Shown piece by piece: positions 10,119 to 20,056 of a stretch of DNA of 64,000 bases (the first letter of the stretch is position 1; each line of letters starts with the position of its first letter). The notes beneath the pieces were generated by a model. The model was not told the DNA's origin. It saw nothing but the letters and a program-made list of their open reading frames with translations, and made no database searches. This DNA is from a virus. The position numbers and the translations under genes are program-made. The stretch is taken from the IMG/VR virus record IMGVR_UViG_3300037882_002282, positions 5,834-69,833 of that record; one strand, 5' to 3'.

Positions 10119-10837
10119 TACTTACCTTTCAATCTAAGTTCTACAGGGACTTCAACGCCTACTTTCATGTAACCATTTAATTCTGTAATCATGTTCTGGG
10201 CGACTTCAGAAGAGATATTCTTAAACTCACCAGTGGGTGAACCATATTTCTTTGCAAAAGCTGTTGTATTAATCTTAAGCTTTTTACATTGATTGGTCAT
10301 ATAATTTAATTGCTGTTGTGTAACCATATCAGGCTCTACATCTGGGTTCCACGGAGCCTTATCGTCATCATCACTTTCATTAGTGATTTCTTCGGCGGCA
10401 CAAACGTTAAGCTTGAGTACTTTGCGTAATACTCTAGCTTCCGCACGAGTGAGTGCTAGGGCAGCAGGATATTGGGAAAAGGCTCTATTATCATCTAAAG
10501 AACAGTCGCCAACATCTTCAAACGACCCCATTTTATAGATATCAATTCTACATCTAGCTACATACCTACGTCCGTTATACTCAGAAGGGGTATCGACGAT
10601 TTCGGCGGTTACACCATAAGTATCGCCCAAAACTAGTTTACCAACTCGTCTTAGTCCATGAACTCTGGGTTTTCCATCTTTTAGTTCATTAGCAACAAAT
10701 AATGACATTACGTAGTCTGACCAAGCTGGATCAGTATCGTCTAACAGTTTTTCTGCTGGTTCTACTACATTAGAAGTATTGAAATTGTCTTCCGCTTCCT
10801 CTACATCTTCAAAATCTGCAACATTTCTACGAGTCAC
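10118..10837 (-). CDS. Rad52/Sak-like ssDNA annealing protein
   Basis: GLRR...EDVGD...AALALTRAEARVLRK.L...AAEE core; C-terminal T.QQL...I.EL helical domain. Confidence 0.55.
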   Translation of the reverse strand: MTRRNVADFEDVEEAEDNFNTSNVVEPAEKLLDDTDPAWSDYVMSLFVANELKDGKPRVHGLRRVGKLVLGDTYGVTAEIVDTPSEYNGRRYVARCRIDIYKMGSFEDVGDCSLDDNRAFSQYPAALALTRAEARVLRKVLKLNVCAAEEITNESDDDDKAPWNPDVEPDMVTQQQLNYMTNQCKKLKINTTAFAKKYGSPTGEFKNISSEVAQNMITELNGYMKVGVEVPVELRLKGK

Positions 10838-11319
10838 TAGATTCCTCCAATCAATTCGTTAAGTTCTAGGTTAGGAACAACTGCGTCTGGTTTTCTGTGC
10901 CAGACCTTTTCAAAAACGTTCGCGTGTTCTTGACTTCTACAAATAATACTTAATTTATCGTTAAGGTAGATATTTTTCATAGCTGAATATCCCATCTGAC
11001 GGGTAAACCATTCCAAATCCCACACATAGAAAATTTTCTTTCTTGGGCCAGGAAAGGTAAGTAGTTTACTAGCTAGATCAAGATTGGTAGCAACAAGCGC
11101 TCCTTTGTAGCCGAACCCATCATAAAGTTGCATTATTGCAAAGTTTGTGGGCACGCATTGTGGGGCCAGGTCTTTAATAAATAGTGTAACATCCCATGAA
11201 CCATGTTCAAGAATGTAACGGTGAGTTGAAAGAGAAGCAGTGAAAGCTAATTGAGATAGACCAAAACTGTCTATCATAATGCCCACCATTTCTAGTGGTG
11301 TACTAAGCTTTGCAAGCAT
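10837..11319 (-). CDS. Glycosyltransferase-like (GT-B N-terminal half) protein
   Basis: LVAT...KIFYVWDLEW...IICRS...VVPN motif; located in the GT cluster. Confidence 0.5.
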   Translation of the reverse strand: MLAKLSTPLEMVGIMIDSFGLSQLAFTASLSTHRYILEHGSWDVTLFIKDLAPQCVPTNFAIMQLYDGFGYKGALVATNLDLASKLLTFPGPRKKIFYVWDLEWFTRQMGYSAMKNIYLNDKLSIICRSQEHANVFEKVWHRKPDAVVPNLELNELIGGI

Positions 11320-12029
11320 TGATTAGCTTCCTCATCATATCCTAGTCCAGTTAAAATATCGTATAGCTTTCGGTTGTAATTATATCGTTCAGCAATTTCT
11401 TCTCTGTGGGGCGTATTCGTAACAAGCCCCTCGATATATTTTGCCTTTCCATTATATAATAGGGCTAATTCCCAATCTGTGTTTTGTTCACACAAACCAT
11501 CTTGAACTTCATTTAGTAAGTAGGCTACTTCCTTATAATCAACTTGCCCAACATAAGACGGATGTTCAATTAGCTTATTTCCTACTATCTTATACTCGAA
11601 TGATGGGTTATTTACTATTCTCAGGAAAGCGTCTCCGCTCAAAAAATCAGTAACCACTAACGTTTGCCCAAAGTTGGTGTCGGTTTCTTTGCGTTGACCA
11701 CACCCACCAAAAGTCATTAGGTCTGCTGCTGTTTCGTCTTTAATAGTATAGTCTATCCTGTTATCTTTTTCCAGTTCTTTTCCGTAAAAATTTCGGGAAC
11801 TGGTCTGAATCACACACACCTTAATATCTCGATTCTGTTGAAGATACTTGAGCATTGCTCGTGTTAGAAGATTATTTTTTGTAATGAACACATCTGGATT
11901 GGCTTCGTCAAAAATATCGAAGACTGGAATGCTATCATCAAAAACAGTTAATTGTAAATTTTCAACGGCCTCGAATACTGGAACGATGCCCCATAAAAAG
12001 GAATCTTGGATATTACATAACACTCGCAT
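11292..12029 (-). CDS. Degenerate glycosyltransferase-like protein
   Basis: FDEANPDVFI, KIVG...YVGQV.YKEV, YNY..KL motifs reminiscent of GT-B. Confidence 0.35.
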   Translation of the reverse strand: MRVLCNIQDSFLWGIVPVFEAVENLQLTVFDDSIPVFDIFDEANPDVFITKNNLLTRAMLKYLQQNRDIKVCVIQTSSRNFYGKELEKDNRIDYTIKDETAADLMTFGGCGQRKETDTNFGQTLVVTDFLSGDAFLRIVNNPSFEYKIVGNKLIEHPSYVGQVDYKEVAYLLNEVQDGLCEQNTDWELALLYNGKAKYIEGLVTNTPHREEIAERYNYNRKLYDILTGLGYDEEANQCLQSLVHH

Positions 12030-12705
12030 ATTTTAATCTCCTAATACGCTCTAAATCTTTCATACTAAAAATTTCTACAACTCTACTTCGCCTGTTCATA
12101 ATTGCAGTAATTCGATGTTCGGTATTGACAAACATATTATTTAGAATTTCATGGAACAAATATCTGGACATATCTGTTTCGCAAGTATCTCTTAGATAAT
12201 GTAGAGCCTTACCACTAAAAAAAGATATTTGTGACCATTTAATAGGCAGATCATAATCAAAGTGCATTACCTGATTATTTTCTGTGAGTATACCCAATTC
12301 GTTACTATTTATTCCCCTCGGGTCACTAATAATTGCCCCGTTTTCATTGTCCTCAACTCCTTTAAGACAACTTGCCTTGAAGGCTAGGCACGCTGGGATA
12401 ATCAACACTTTACTATTGATTAGTGTCCGTAGCCCCAACGTGATACTACGCATTATAGACGTAGTTTCCCATAAATCGTTTTCGACTACTGGTATTTTAT
12501 GTTTGAGACTATTAAATACCTTGTCGTGCTCAAAACCAGTAACTACTACAATATCTGGGTTTTTGAATACTTGTCTCAGTAGGTCTATTTGATACTGTAG
12601 TACAGTTCTGTCGTCTTCTAGCTTGAGTAGGAACCTATTGGTATTTATCCCACTTCTTTTTTGGTGGCTAGACGCCACAATTACTACGCCTATACGCTTT
12701 GCCAT
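12013..12705 (-). CDS. Nucleotidyltransferase (NTP_transf_3/LicC-like)
   Basis: LLKL...TVLQYQI...DIVVVTGF...VEN..WETT...S..LG; EI.S..DL near the C-terminus. Confidence 0.7.
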   Translation of the reverse strand: MAKRIGVVIVASSHQKRSGINTNRFLLKLEDDRTVLQYQIDLLRQVFKNPDIVVVTGFEHDKVFNSLKHKIPVVENDLWETTSIMRSITLGLRTLINSKVLIIPACLAFKASCLKGVEDNENGAIISDPRGINSNELGILTENNQVMHFDYDLPIKWSQISFFSGKALHYLRDTCETDMSRYLFHEILNNMFVNTEHRITAIMNRRSRVVEIFSMKDLERIRRLKYASVM

Positions 12706-13394
12706 TGCTCACAAAATTCTGGATACTTTTTAACAATGTCTGCCATGAGGTTATATTTTTCCATTTTATAAAGTCTTCTATCAATTAGATAGTTGTCTTC
12801 ATCAATCATCAGAAGACCAATAATCTTAAAATTTCTATAGATGCTTTGTTGGGCATACTTCACAAATCCCCAATCAATAGTAGTTCCGCATTTATTAATT
12901 AGTACATAGTTGGTTTGTGTATAATTTAAAGCAAAATCAATACCGTCACCAATTTTAAAGTCTGGATCGAGTATATTATGTAACGTAACTTTCTCACCAA
13001 AGAATTTATGAGCTTTTTCTAAAAGGTAGTGTGGAGCAATTTGCGAGAACAAATTAACCAGCCTGAAATGTATTGGGGCTGGTTCCTGTATTACAAGACT
13101 AGCACATTTATCAAAGTCATCTTCGTTACTATGGTGATCGAGTACAATAATAGCTGTATACTCAATCTTAGACTCAAATGCTAATTGCTCAGTATACTTA
13201 TCCTTATAGACTTCCCACCATTCCTGGGGGCGGAACCTTGGACAAAGAGTATTGCTAATTACAAAATAGTTGTTTTCTTTGCTGATTTGTCCACGCTGCT
13301 TGAAAATATCAATCAGACCTAATTTACAACCATTCTGCGATTCTCCGTCGTGTAGAGCAAAACAACAATCTTTACACTCAGTCTGGATGTTCAT
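12690..13394 (-). CDS. Hypothetical protein with N-terminal Cys cluster, possibly GT-A-like
   Basis: CKDCCF..GC.LG...C.RFR at the N-terminus. Confidence 0.4.
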   Translation of the reverse strand: MNIQTECKDCCFALHDGESQNGCKLGLIDIFKQRGQISKENNYFVISNTLCPRFRPQEWWEVYKDKYTEQLAFESKIEYTAIIVLDHHSNEDDFDKCASLVIQEPAPIHFRLVNLFSQIAPHYLLEKAHKFFGEKVTLHNILDPDFKIGDGIDFALNYTQTNYVLINKCGTTIDWGFVKYAQQSIYRNFKIIGLLMIDEDNYLIDRRLYKMEKYNLMADIVKKYPEFCEQWQSV

Positions 13395-13395
13395 T

Positions 13396-13869
13396 TTATT
13401 CTCTAATGGCTACAATACTATATTCGTAACGATCAAAGCCTTTGCTTTTTACTTTTAGCCCCAATTCTGTCAACAAACTAATAACGTCGGTAGTTTTAAG
13501 AGCAGACTTTTTATGGGGCGGATTTGGATTAAATAGTAGACTATTAATTATTCCAGTATCTACAGATTGGGCAAGACACGACTTACTAAGTGTTTGAAGG
13601 TCTGTACCGTTAAGGATTAATTTTCCGCCCTTACGAAGCTTCTTTACCCAACGTTGTACAACTGGACCAATTTCTGGAATGGGCAGGTAATCCGTTACAT
13701 GTTCAGAGATAATTTCGTCACACTCACTATCATCCAAGAAAGTGTCTAATTGTCTAATATCGCATACCACTGTTTGGATAGGACCATACTCTATTTGTGG
13801 GGCAATATTATGTTGTAGATTTTTATATCCATTTTTGGGCATACCGCCCACCATTAAATTTACCTTCAT
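13396..13869 (-). CDS. SAM-dependent methyltransferase-like protein
   Basis: CDIRQL...DSECDEI.SEHV.DY...W.KKLRKGGKL. Confidence 0.65.
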   Translation of the reverse strand: MKVNLMVGGMPKNGYKNLQHNIAPQIEYGPIQTVVCDIRQLDTFLDDSECDEIISEHVTDYLPIPEIGPVVQRWVKKLRKGGKLILNGTDLQTLSKSCLAQSVDTGIINSLLFNPNPPHKKSALKTTDVISLLTELGLKVKSKGFDRYEYSIVAIRE

Positions 13870-14228
13870 TAGATATATCCCTCTTTGACTCCAGCTTTGA
13901 TAAAAATATCGTATTCACACGTATCATATTTATCTGCTAATTCTTTGACATAATCGTTGACAACACGCCTACCTTCTTCATAATTATACTGTAATGTTTT
14001 AACTTTAATTGCTTTTTTGTAAACAGAATCAAGTTGTTTTTGTGTAACTTTTTCTAAGTTTTTTTCATTACGGGCACAATTTTCTTTTGCAACACTTTTC
14101 CATAAATCATCTAATTGTTCATCACTCAAAGCTTCTAAGAGTTCTCCACCAGTTAATAACCCAATAGCGTTATACAATTCTTCTTTCTTAGTCATAGTGT
14201 CTTTGTCCTGTATAAACTGTTTTTGCAC
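13869..14228 (-). CDS. Hypothetical helical protein (paralog of 30117 and 31276 genes)
   Basis: ORF; shared motifs described in findings. Confidence 0.5.
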   Translation of the reverse strand: MQKQFIQDKDTMTKKEELYNAIGLLTGGELLEALSDEQLDDLWKSVAKENCARNEKNLEKVTQKQLDSVYKKAIKVKTLQYNYEEGRRVVNDYVKELADKYDTCEYDIFIKAGVKEGYI

Positions 14229-14748
14229 AATGTTTTATAAGTGTATCCCATCTAGCCAAATGTTTCTTGTCATAACTCATCACACTACTGTTTAGATCAT
14301 TAAAAAACAACCAACTTTGTCTAATAAACTCTGTAGCGAAGATGTTCGTATCACCAACTAATTTCTTGACCTTTTCTAACGTCTCAAGATTCGGGTTGGG
14401 GTTGAGGGGAGTATCTTCCGCCCATAATAAAGGAATATGGTATAAGGAAGAAATGCTCAGAATCCAATTAATAATCCCTGAATTTCGTGTTGGGGCAAAG
14501 ATAAGATCAAAGTTTACATATAGTGGAATTTGGTGGTCGCCCCTAGTAAAGTCGAGAAGGTTCAAATTCTCTGGGGTCGGACTCTGGAAATTCCATCGGA
14601 GAGTATCGTTTTGGCAAAGATATATGTTATGACCTGTCGAACATAAAAAATTGATTATGTCATCTTTGTAGGGGAAAGTTAATATGTTAAGTGGTTCAGT
14701 ATTCTTACGGGTATTCGCCCGTAGGACGCTTGCCATGACATTGTTCAT
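14188..14748 (-). CDS. Glycosyltransferase-like N-terminal fragment protein
   Basis: LNILTFP...TGHN.Y...W...PEN...FDLI...GD.NIF.TEF...SW. Confidence 0.45.
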   Translation of the reverse strand: MNNVMASVLRANTRKNTEPLNILTFPYKDDIINFLCSTGHNIYLCQNDTLRWNFQSPTPENLNLLDFTRGDHQIPLYVNFDLIFAPTRNSGIINWILSISSLYHIPLLWAEDTPLNPNPNLETLEKVKKLVGDTNIFATEFIRQSWLFFNDLNSSVMSYDKKHLARWDTLIKHCAKTVYTGQRHYD

Positions 14749-15209
14749 TTATATTGATTTCTCAATCCTTCTAGGTTATACTTGTAGTCGCCCATACCAT
14801 TATTCCATTGTATCAAATTGTCAGCCATTTTTTGTATAACAGGAATCAAATCGTCTTGTTGGGTAAGAATTGCCCGTCTAATACATTCTGACACTTCCGT
14901 ATCAATAAATGTATATTCTAAATCTTTATCGACTTGGAATAGTTCTCGCCAATTATATATTTTGGTATAGGTACCGTCCAGAATTATGTAGTGACCACGA
15001 TTAAAAAGTGCTCTAACCATAGTGTATTTGATCGATCTGACAAATCCTTCTGCTAGATCATTATACCTTTCACCAGTCAAAGCTTTTCTAATATCATCAC
15101 CAGCTATAATAACCCTAGGCTGATTATCTGTTTTTCTAACAAGTTGGTCACAGAAAGTTGACTTACCGCTACGGGGTAAACCGAAGACTATGTGAAGATG
15201 ACCTTTCAT
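14745..15209 (-). CDS. P-loop kinase (AAA_33 / polynucleotide kinase-like)
   Basis: GLPRSGKST, DDIR, ILDGT, ECIRR. Confidence 0.8.
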   Translation of the reverse strand: MKGHLHIVFGLPRSGKSTFCDQLVRKTDNQPRVIIAGDDIRKALTGERYNDLAEGFVRSIKYTMVRALFNRGHYIILDGTYTKIYNWRELFQVDKDLEYTFIDTEVSECIRRAILTQQDDLIPVIQKMADNLIQWNNGMGDYKYNLEGLRNQYK

Positions 15210-15370
15210 TAGTTGTATAAATCCTGTAGGATTATCCTGTCGTTTTGTGGTTCTTCGATAATTTCAATCTCACCACGTCTAAGTCCTTCGTACCCTAAGA
15301 CAACATCTAAATCCCTTTTTTGTGTGGCTTGAATCATAGAAAGTTCAGCAATTAGTTCACTAAGCTTCAT
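15209..15370 (-). CDS. Small hypothetical protein (53 aa, MKLSELIAEL...)
   Basis: Read manually; fills the gap between coupled genes. Confidence 0.55.
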   Translation of the reverse strand: MKLSELIAELSMIQATQKRDLDVVLGYEGLRRGEIEIIEEPQNDRIILQDLYN

Positions 15371-15980
15371 TTTTGATAATTCCGTTTAAAATTTGTTCAG
15401 CTTCTTCTAACGTATTAAATCTGCCGATATTTTTATGTTTGAAATGGACAATATATTTTTTTCGTTGTTCATCGAACCAAATTGATCCTGTCTTTCTCCT
15501 AAAGGGTTTGTATTTATAATTTTCATCAACAAATCTGTTATTTAGAACAATTTTAGAAATGTTGCCTTTATGAACACAATATTCTATAGCTAATTCTTCC
15601 TGAGTTGCCCCTTTAATATACTTATCTCGTATTTCTTTCGCTTGTTTGAGATTTAACTTTTGAATATGTTGTTTTCCTATACTAACCATATCTAAACTAT
15701 TTTGCTTGCAATTACCCTGGTATAAATGCTCTTTTTTACAGCAAGAAGGATTATTGCAAATGTCTGGTCTATGTAGTACCAAAAGACTATTGTTTATTGA
15801 ATTATTGTATATATAGTAGGCTACTCTATGTGCTAGGTATGTTTTTCCTTGTAGACTAAAAACTCCGTATCCTTTTTTGTTCTTGTAACCAGACCAAACT
15901 AAACAGTTATCTTCATGAACCAACTTTTGTAAAAAATTTGTTTGTTCCGTGTTCGACATTAGCGGTATACTAAGATACAT
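15360..15980 (-). CDS. HNH homing endonuclease with HTH/AP2-like C-terminus
   Basis: C..W.G...GYG...AHRVAY...VLH...CNNPSCC..HL..G...N; IGRF.T.EEA. Confidence 0.85.
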   Translation of the reverse strand: MYLSIPLMSNTEQTNFLQKLVHEDNCLVWSGYKNKKGYGVFSLQGKTYLAHRVAYYIYNNSINNSLLVLHRPDICNNPSCCKKEHLYQGNCKQNSLDMVSIGKQHIQKLNLKQAKEIRDKYIKGATQEELAIEYCVHKGNISKIVLNNRFVDENYKYKPFRRKTGSIWFDEQRKKYIVHFKHKNIGRFNTLEEAEQILNGIIKNEA

Positions 15981-17109
15981 TAGTTTCTTCCAAATATCCT
16001 AACATTCTTTGTCCAATTTTTTCAAATGTATATTCGTATGGAGTTTCCTTAGCCGCTTGTTGTTTATCTTTCCATAATTGTGTGTGTCTGCTTTCATATG
16101 CTAATCTCATTTGTTTTTGTAGGTCGATTATATCTATTTCTTCGTGACATTCGTGCCCAGTGTACAGGTCTGTTAGAGGCGCAGAACCATTGACTACTGG
16201 CGTTTTATAACTGTTTACTAACCATCCATTATTATCGTTAACATAATCCATTCCTGCGAATGCTCCACATATTACAGGGTTTGAAAAACCAAGCGAGTCT
16301 AATGCAGGCATACACCAACCTTCCCCACAACTAGGTAATACAAAACAATCACACATTTGGTGCAATGAACAAATATCATCATCTGAAACATAGTCCGTCA
16401 AAATAATTTCTGGCTTGTACAAACCAGGATGATCGTACATTCTAAGGTTTTGTTTGATAGTAGTACACATTCCAGCCACCTGATTTTGTGTTTCCTGGGG
16501 CGAGGTAAGTGTTCTATTAGTCTTAATGAATAAGGCAACGTCGTCCTCAGGACGGAATTCTACGTGAAACGCCTTAACCAAAGCTTCCAAGTTTTTGCGT
16601 GGAGTGTGTTCGCCAATAAAGTAGAACTTAAAAGTTGAGTCTAAAACTATAGGAGCGGTCATTTTCCTATAGACTTTACCAAATTTTTCTACATCTACTG
16701 GTTCGCCAATAATCTTAACTGGCTTAGTAATCTTGCTATTTTCACAAGCTTTTTTTGTTAACTTATTTGTGGCCCAGATTTCGTCCATCAATTCTAGGCG
16801 TTCTGGCCAAATTGTTCTGCCCAAGCTATTAGTCTCATAGGCAAGAATAGCAACGTTCTTTTTGAAATCGCCACAATAATCCATATTATGTGGCAATACC
16901 TTCTGAATTACATAGTCGTAGTTATCTAGAAAAACATTTTCCAGTTCCAATATTCTAGGATGTAAATTAGCTTGTAATTGTCTAATCTTAACAGGACGAC
17001 AAGCAACATTAGCTGCTGTATCTAGAGCCCTAATGAAGTTTTGGGCGGCGATGCCGAAGCCAGTCTTTTCCCGATAGGAACCTACAAATAAAACGTTAGG
17101 TTTGTTCAT
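15970..17109 (-). CDS. Glycosyltransferase family 4 (GT-B)
   Basis: RKNLEALVKAF..EF, DCFVLPSCGEGWCMPALD. Confidence 0.9.
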   Translation of the reverse strand: MNKPNVLFVGSYREKTGFGIAAQNFIRALDTAANVACRPVKIRQLQANLHPRILELENVFLDNYDYVIQKVLPHNMDYCGDFKKNVAILAYETNSLGRTIWPERLELMDEIWATNKLTKKACENSKITKPVKIIGEPVDVEKFGKVYRKMTAPIVLDSTFKFYFIGEHTPRKNLEALVKAFHVEFRPEDDVALFIKTNRTLTSPQETQNQVAGMCTTIKQNLRMYDHPGLYKPEIILTDYVSDDDICSLHQMCDCFVLPSCGEGWCMPALDSLGFSNPVICGAFAGMDYVNDNNGWLVNSYKTPVVNGSAPLTDLYTGHECHEEIDIIDLQKQMRLAYESRHTQLWKDKQQAAKETPYEYTFEKIGQRMLGYLEETNVS

Positions 17110-17393
17110 AGGTTCTCCACATATGTTGTAAGAAGATCAGATAGTCCATCTTTATCTCTTGGTAGGTCTGCATCGTGGACTTCTTCTCCACATTTGCTAC
17201 ATGTATATGTAGCTTTTATAACCGTGTATGTTTTGCCCCAGTCTGGTACTTCATCTATATCTATCTCTGCTACTATTTCTCCATCACAAGCTTGATTAGC
17301 ATCAGTTTTGGTATATTCACGAAAGGTTTTTAAAAATGTTTTACCTTTCTTACTTTTCATTTCAATTGTTCTATAGAACAGTGGACATTTCAT
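17106..17393 (-). CDS. Hypothetical Zn-ribbon protein
   Basis: CP...C...CSKCG. Confidence 0.5.
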   Translation of the reverse strand: MKCPLFYRTIEMKSKKGKTFLKTFREYTKTDANQACDGEIVAEIDIDEVPDWGKTYTVIKATYTCSKCGEEVHDADLPRDKDGLSDLLTTYVENL

Positions 17394-19090
17394 ACTTTAA
17401 AATTCCTCGCATACTTAATACAATCGGTTATAGGATAAGTTTCTAATCCCGCTCTAATTCTTTCCCAGTGATTTCTATACTCACACAAATTTGTTAATTC
17501 TTTCAAACATTCTTGTCTATTATATTCAGATGTTGGGCGTAATCCACCAGGCAAAGACATTTCAGAGTGGAAAATACCGCCCCTACCGTGTTGTCTCATA
17601 CCCTGATTAAGATCAGTAAGCAGACGTAGATAGAATAAACTATTTAGTCTGTTCGGTTCGCCAAGAGTATTTAAAATCGCCCAGTTTAGAAATTCGCTGT
17701 TGGTTGATTTTTCACAAATGTCTTGCTGTGGCTGATGAAGTAAGGGTGGTTCTGACCATTTTTGTTCCATTTCGTCTGGATCAATAGAGTCAAAAAAGTT
17801 TTCCCACTTCTTGGCAGATTTATCATAATCAAAATTAAGTTTACAAGCTTTATGAGCTTCATACCCTTTTTTAGCTCGAACCGCTGGCGGAAGTGTAAAG
17901 AACTTATACAGCTTGTTAGCTAAATCTTCGCACGAGAAATATGCTCTATAAGCGTGAGTATCCGATTCAAAAAACATTCTTTCTACATCAATCGGAGTAC
18001 CTTTAAGCTCTCTAACATTTGAAGACATAGCTGAATAATCTACAGCCATTACTGGAACACCACAAGCTGCTGCTTCAGCCTGTGACATACCAGCACCTTC
18101 GCAAATGGCGGTCTGTACATAAACATCTGCTAGGTTATAAATCTCAGCTAAGATATTGGGTGGAACATAATGTTGTGTATCGGGCATGAAGGCGGCAGGT
18201 GCCTGGCACGCCTTGCAAATTGTACGAGCCCCTTGAAAAAACGAGGGAAAGAATGTACTACACTGTCTACATATATACGAGAATAATACCTTGCTTGTAA
18301 TACCATATTCCATTAGAAGTTGGTCTAGTTTCCAGCCAACATCTGGAAATGAGGTATGACAATATAAGTAAGACTTTCTATATAAGTCTGTTTTACCTTC
18401 TTCTTTATATTTGTTAAGAAGAAGTCGAAAAGATGCAAATAAGTCTGGAAATAGCTTACGCTTTTGATTACGAGAAATAAATAGAGCTAAATTTATATTA
18501 GGAAGGATACCAAACTTAGCTCTATGTTGTTCCTTATTAGGAACAGGTTTATAGAATCTTTTATCGTAGGCGGGTGGAGCAGTTCCAAGCATATTTGCCA
18601 TGCCACCACACTGATCGTTCATTTGTCCCATAGCCCACGTTGAATAAGCCAGCAAGCCGTCCGCATCTATATAGGCGGGTAGCCAATCGGTGTCAGAGGG
18701 GTAACTGTCATAGGTGGGCATTAACCCCCATTTAAATAATCTACGGTAAGGGGATTCTGGGATGAATGCGTACATCCACGGATCACGAAAATCAATTACT
18801 ACGTGCGGTTTAAATTTTGCACAGACGTGATTGAATCTCCACAATCCGAATCCATAAGCTGGATTGGCGTCGTACTCTTGATTAGAACTATTTGGCATAT
18901 TCCCGAAATAAGTCCAGGGAATACCTAGGGCTCTTACTTCATTTTCTCGCCCGAATATAGCTAGTTCGGCTAACTCATATTTACCTGTTGCATGAATACG
19001 AGTATTATTCTCTTTATGATAAACAGCAAAACCAGTTGCCATCTCTGTGAATTCACCAACAGAAAGAATTCTGAGTTTTCTCTTAGCCAT
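17390..19090 (-). CDS. Glycosyltransferase family 4 with Zn-ribbon insertion
   Basis: RNQKRK, IYNLADVYVQ...EGAGM...EAAACGVP; CRQC...CKAC insert. The ATG at 19090 (GGAG RBS) lies downstream of the terminator. Confidence 0.88.
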   Translation of the reverse strand: MAKRKLRILSVGEFTEMATGFAVYHKENNTRIHATGKYELAELAIFGRENEVRALGIPWTYFGNMPNSSNQEYDANPAYGFGLWRFNHVCAKFKPHVVIDFRDPWMYAFIPESPYRRLFKWGLMPTYDSYPSDTDWLPAYIDADGLLAYSTWAMGQMNDQCGGMANMLGTAPPAYDKRFYKPVPNKEQHRAKFGILPNINLALFISRNQKRKLFPDLFASFRLLLNKYKEEGKTDLYRKSYLYCHTSFPDVGWKLDQLLMEYGITSKVLFSYICRQCSTFFPSFFQGARTICKACQAPAAFMPDTQHYVPPNILAEIYNLADVYVQTAICEGAGMSQAEAAACGVPVMAVDYSAMSSNVRELKGTPIDVERMFFESDTHAYRAYFSCEDLANKLYKFFTLPPAVRAKKGYEAHKACKLNFDYDKSAKKWENFFDSIDPDEMEQKWSEPPLLHQPQQDICEKSTNSEFLNWAILNTLGEPNRLNSLFYLRLLTDLNQGMRQHGRGGIFHSEMSLPGGLRPTSEYNRQECLKELTNLCEYRNHWERIRAGLETYPITDCIKYARNFKV

Positions 19091-19101
19091 TCTCACTCCA
19101 T

Positions 19102-19142
19102 AAAAAAAGGGGCCGCCACTATATATATACAGTGACGACCCC
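19102..19142 (-). terminator. Rho-independent terminator after ssb
   Basis: GGGGTCGTCACTG-loop-TAGTGGCGGCCCC followed by T7 on the minus strand. Confidence 0.75.
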
Positions 19143-19171
19143 AAAAAATCTAGTGGAGTGACTATTTTTCT

Positions 19172-19573
19172 TTAGTATGTACCACTCGGAACCTCAAAGG
19201 GAATTTCTTCCTCATCCTGATTATCATCTTGAGTTTCCTTTCTCTTATTTTTCAGTTTGGATTCGTCGTAGCTAACCCACTCAAACGAGTTAACTCTAAA
19301 TCGAATCGCCTTTTTAACTTCACCATCCTTGGTTTCCCACTTATGATTTTTCGCTTGGGCAGTAATAATAATATGACGCCCCTTGTAAGCTCCCTCAGCC
19401 AAGAAGTCTGCTACTGGTCCCCAGGCTTCAAAATCAAAGTAATGAGTTTCTGGGTTTTGGTCTTTAACAAAACTCTTAACAGCAATTGAAAAATTGATTA
19501 CAGACTTTTCGTTCTTGGTCTTCTTCAGTTCGATATCGGTTACTAGGCAACCTTTGAAATGGCAAAAATTCAT
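19172..19573 (-). CDS. ssb: Single-stranded DNA-binding protein
   Basis: OB fold N...G.L..D.ELK.T...V.NFSIAV...F..EAWG..A; acidic tail EEEIPF. Confidence 0.9.
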   Translation of the reverse strand: MNFCHFKGCLVTDIELKKTKNEKSVINFSIAVKSFVKDQNPETHYFDFEAWGPVADFLAEGAYKGRHIIITAQAKNHKWETKDGEVKKAIRFRVNSFEWVSYDESKLKNKRKETQDDNQDEEEIPFEVPSGTY

Positions 19574-20056
19574 CTATTTGTCCTTAAGATATAGTTCAGA
19601 TAAGTAGTATGGTATGTAGACACCTTTTTCTTTGGCTCTACTACCATAGTAAGGTAGAAAGTTCGTTTTTATTGCTTGTTTAAAAATCTCTAATAGATCA
19701 CCCTCTTTCGTCCTCTCTTCTATATTAACTGGTTCTGGTAAAAAACTTAGACATGTTTTATCGCGGATTAATTCGTGACCGTCATACAAAAAAATATGAT
19801 CTTCGCTGTACCCGATAGCACGGCACTTAGCCACGATATCACATATGATTATAAGCCGCACCCCATGCTCTGGCAACCCCAAAAATGTTGGGTTTCCTGC
19901 CTCGCCTATCGTAACCCCCTGTCTTGCCCCTTTTAACACGGTGTAAACCGTAAGTTCTTTTTCTGGGGTTAATAAACAGTAGGTATCCGAGTTAGCTTTG
20001 GTAAGAGATACAAAATATTTATTCTTAAGTAGAAAATTCTGAACCGACTGTTTCAT
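19574..20056 (-). CDS. Hypothetical protein
   Basis: 160-aa coupled ORF. Confidence 0.55.
   Translation of the reverse strand: MKQSVQNFLLKNKYFVSLTKANSDTYCLLTPEKELTVYTVLKGARQGVTIGEAGNPTFLGLPEHGVRLIIICDIVAKCRAIGYSEDHIFLYDGHELIRDKTCLSFLPEPVNIEERTKEGDLLEIFKQAIKTNFLPYYGSRAKEKGVYIPYYLSELYLKDK

Noticed and set aside
19091-19144. N-terminal extension of the GT4 ORF as listed (MGSSLYIY...)
   Set aside because: It runs through the terminator hairpin; the ATG at 19090 has a GGAG RBS
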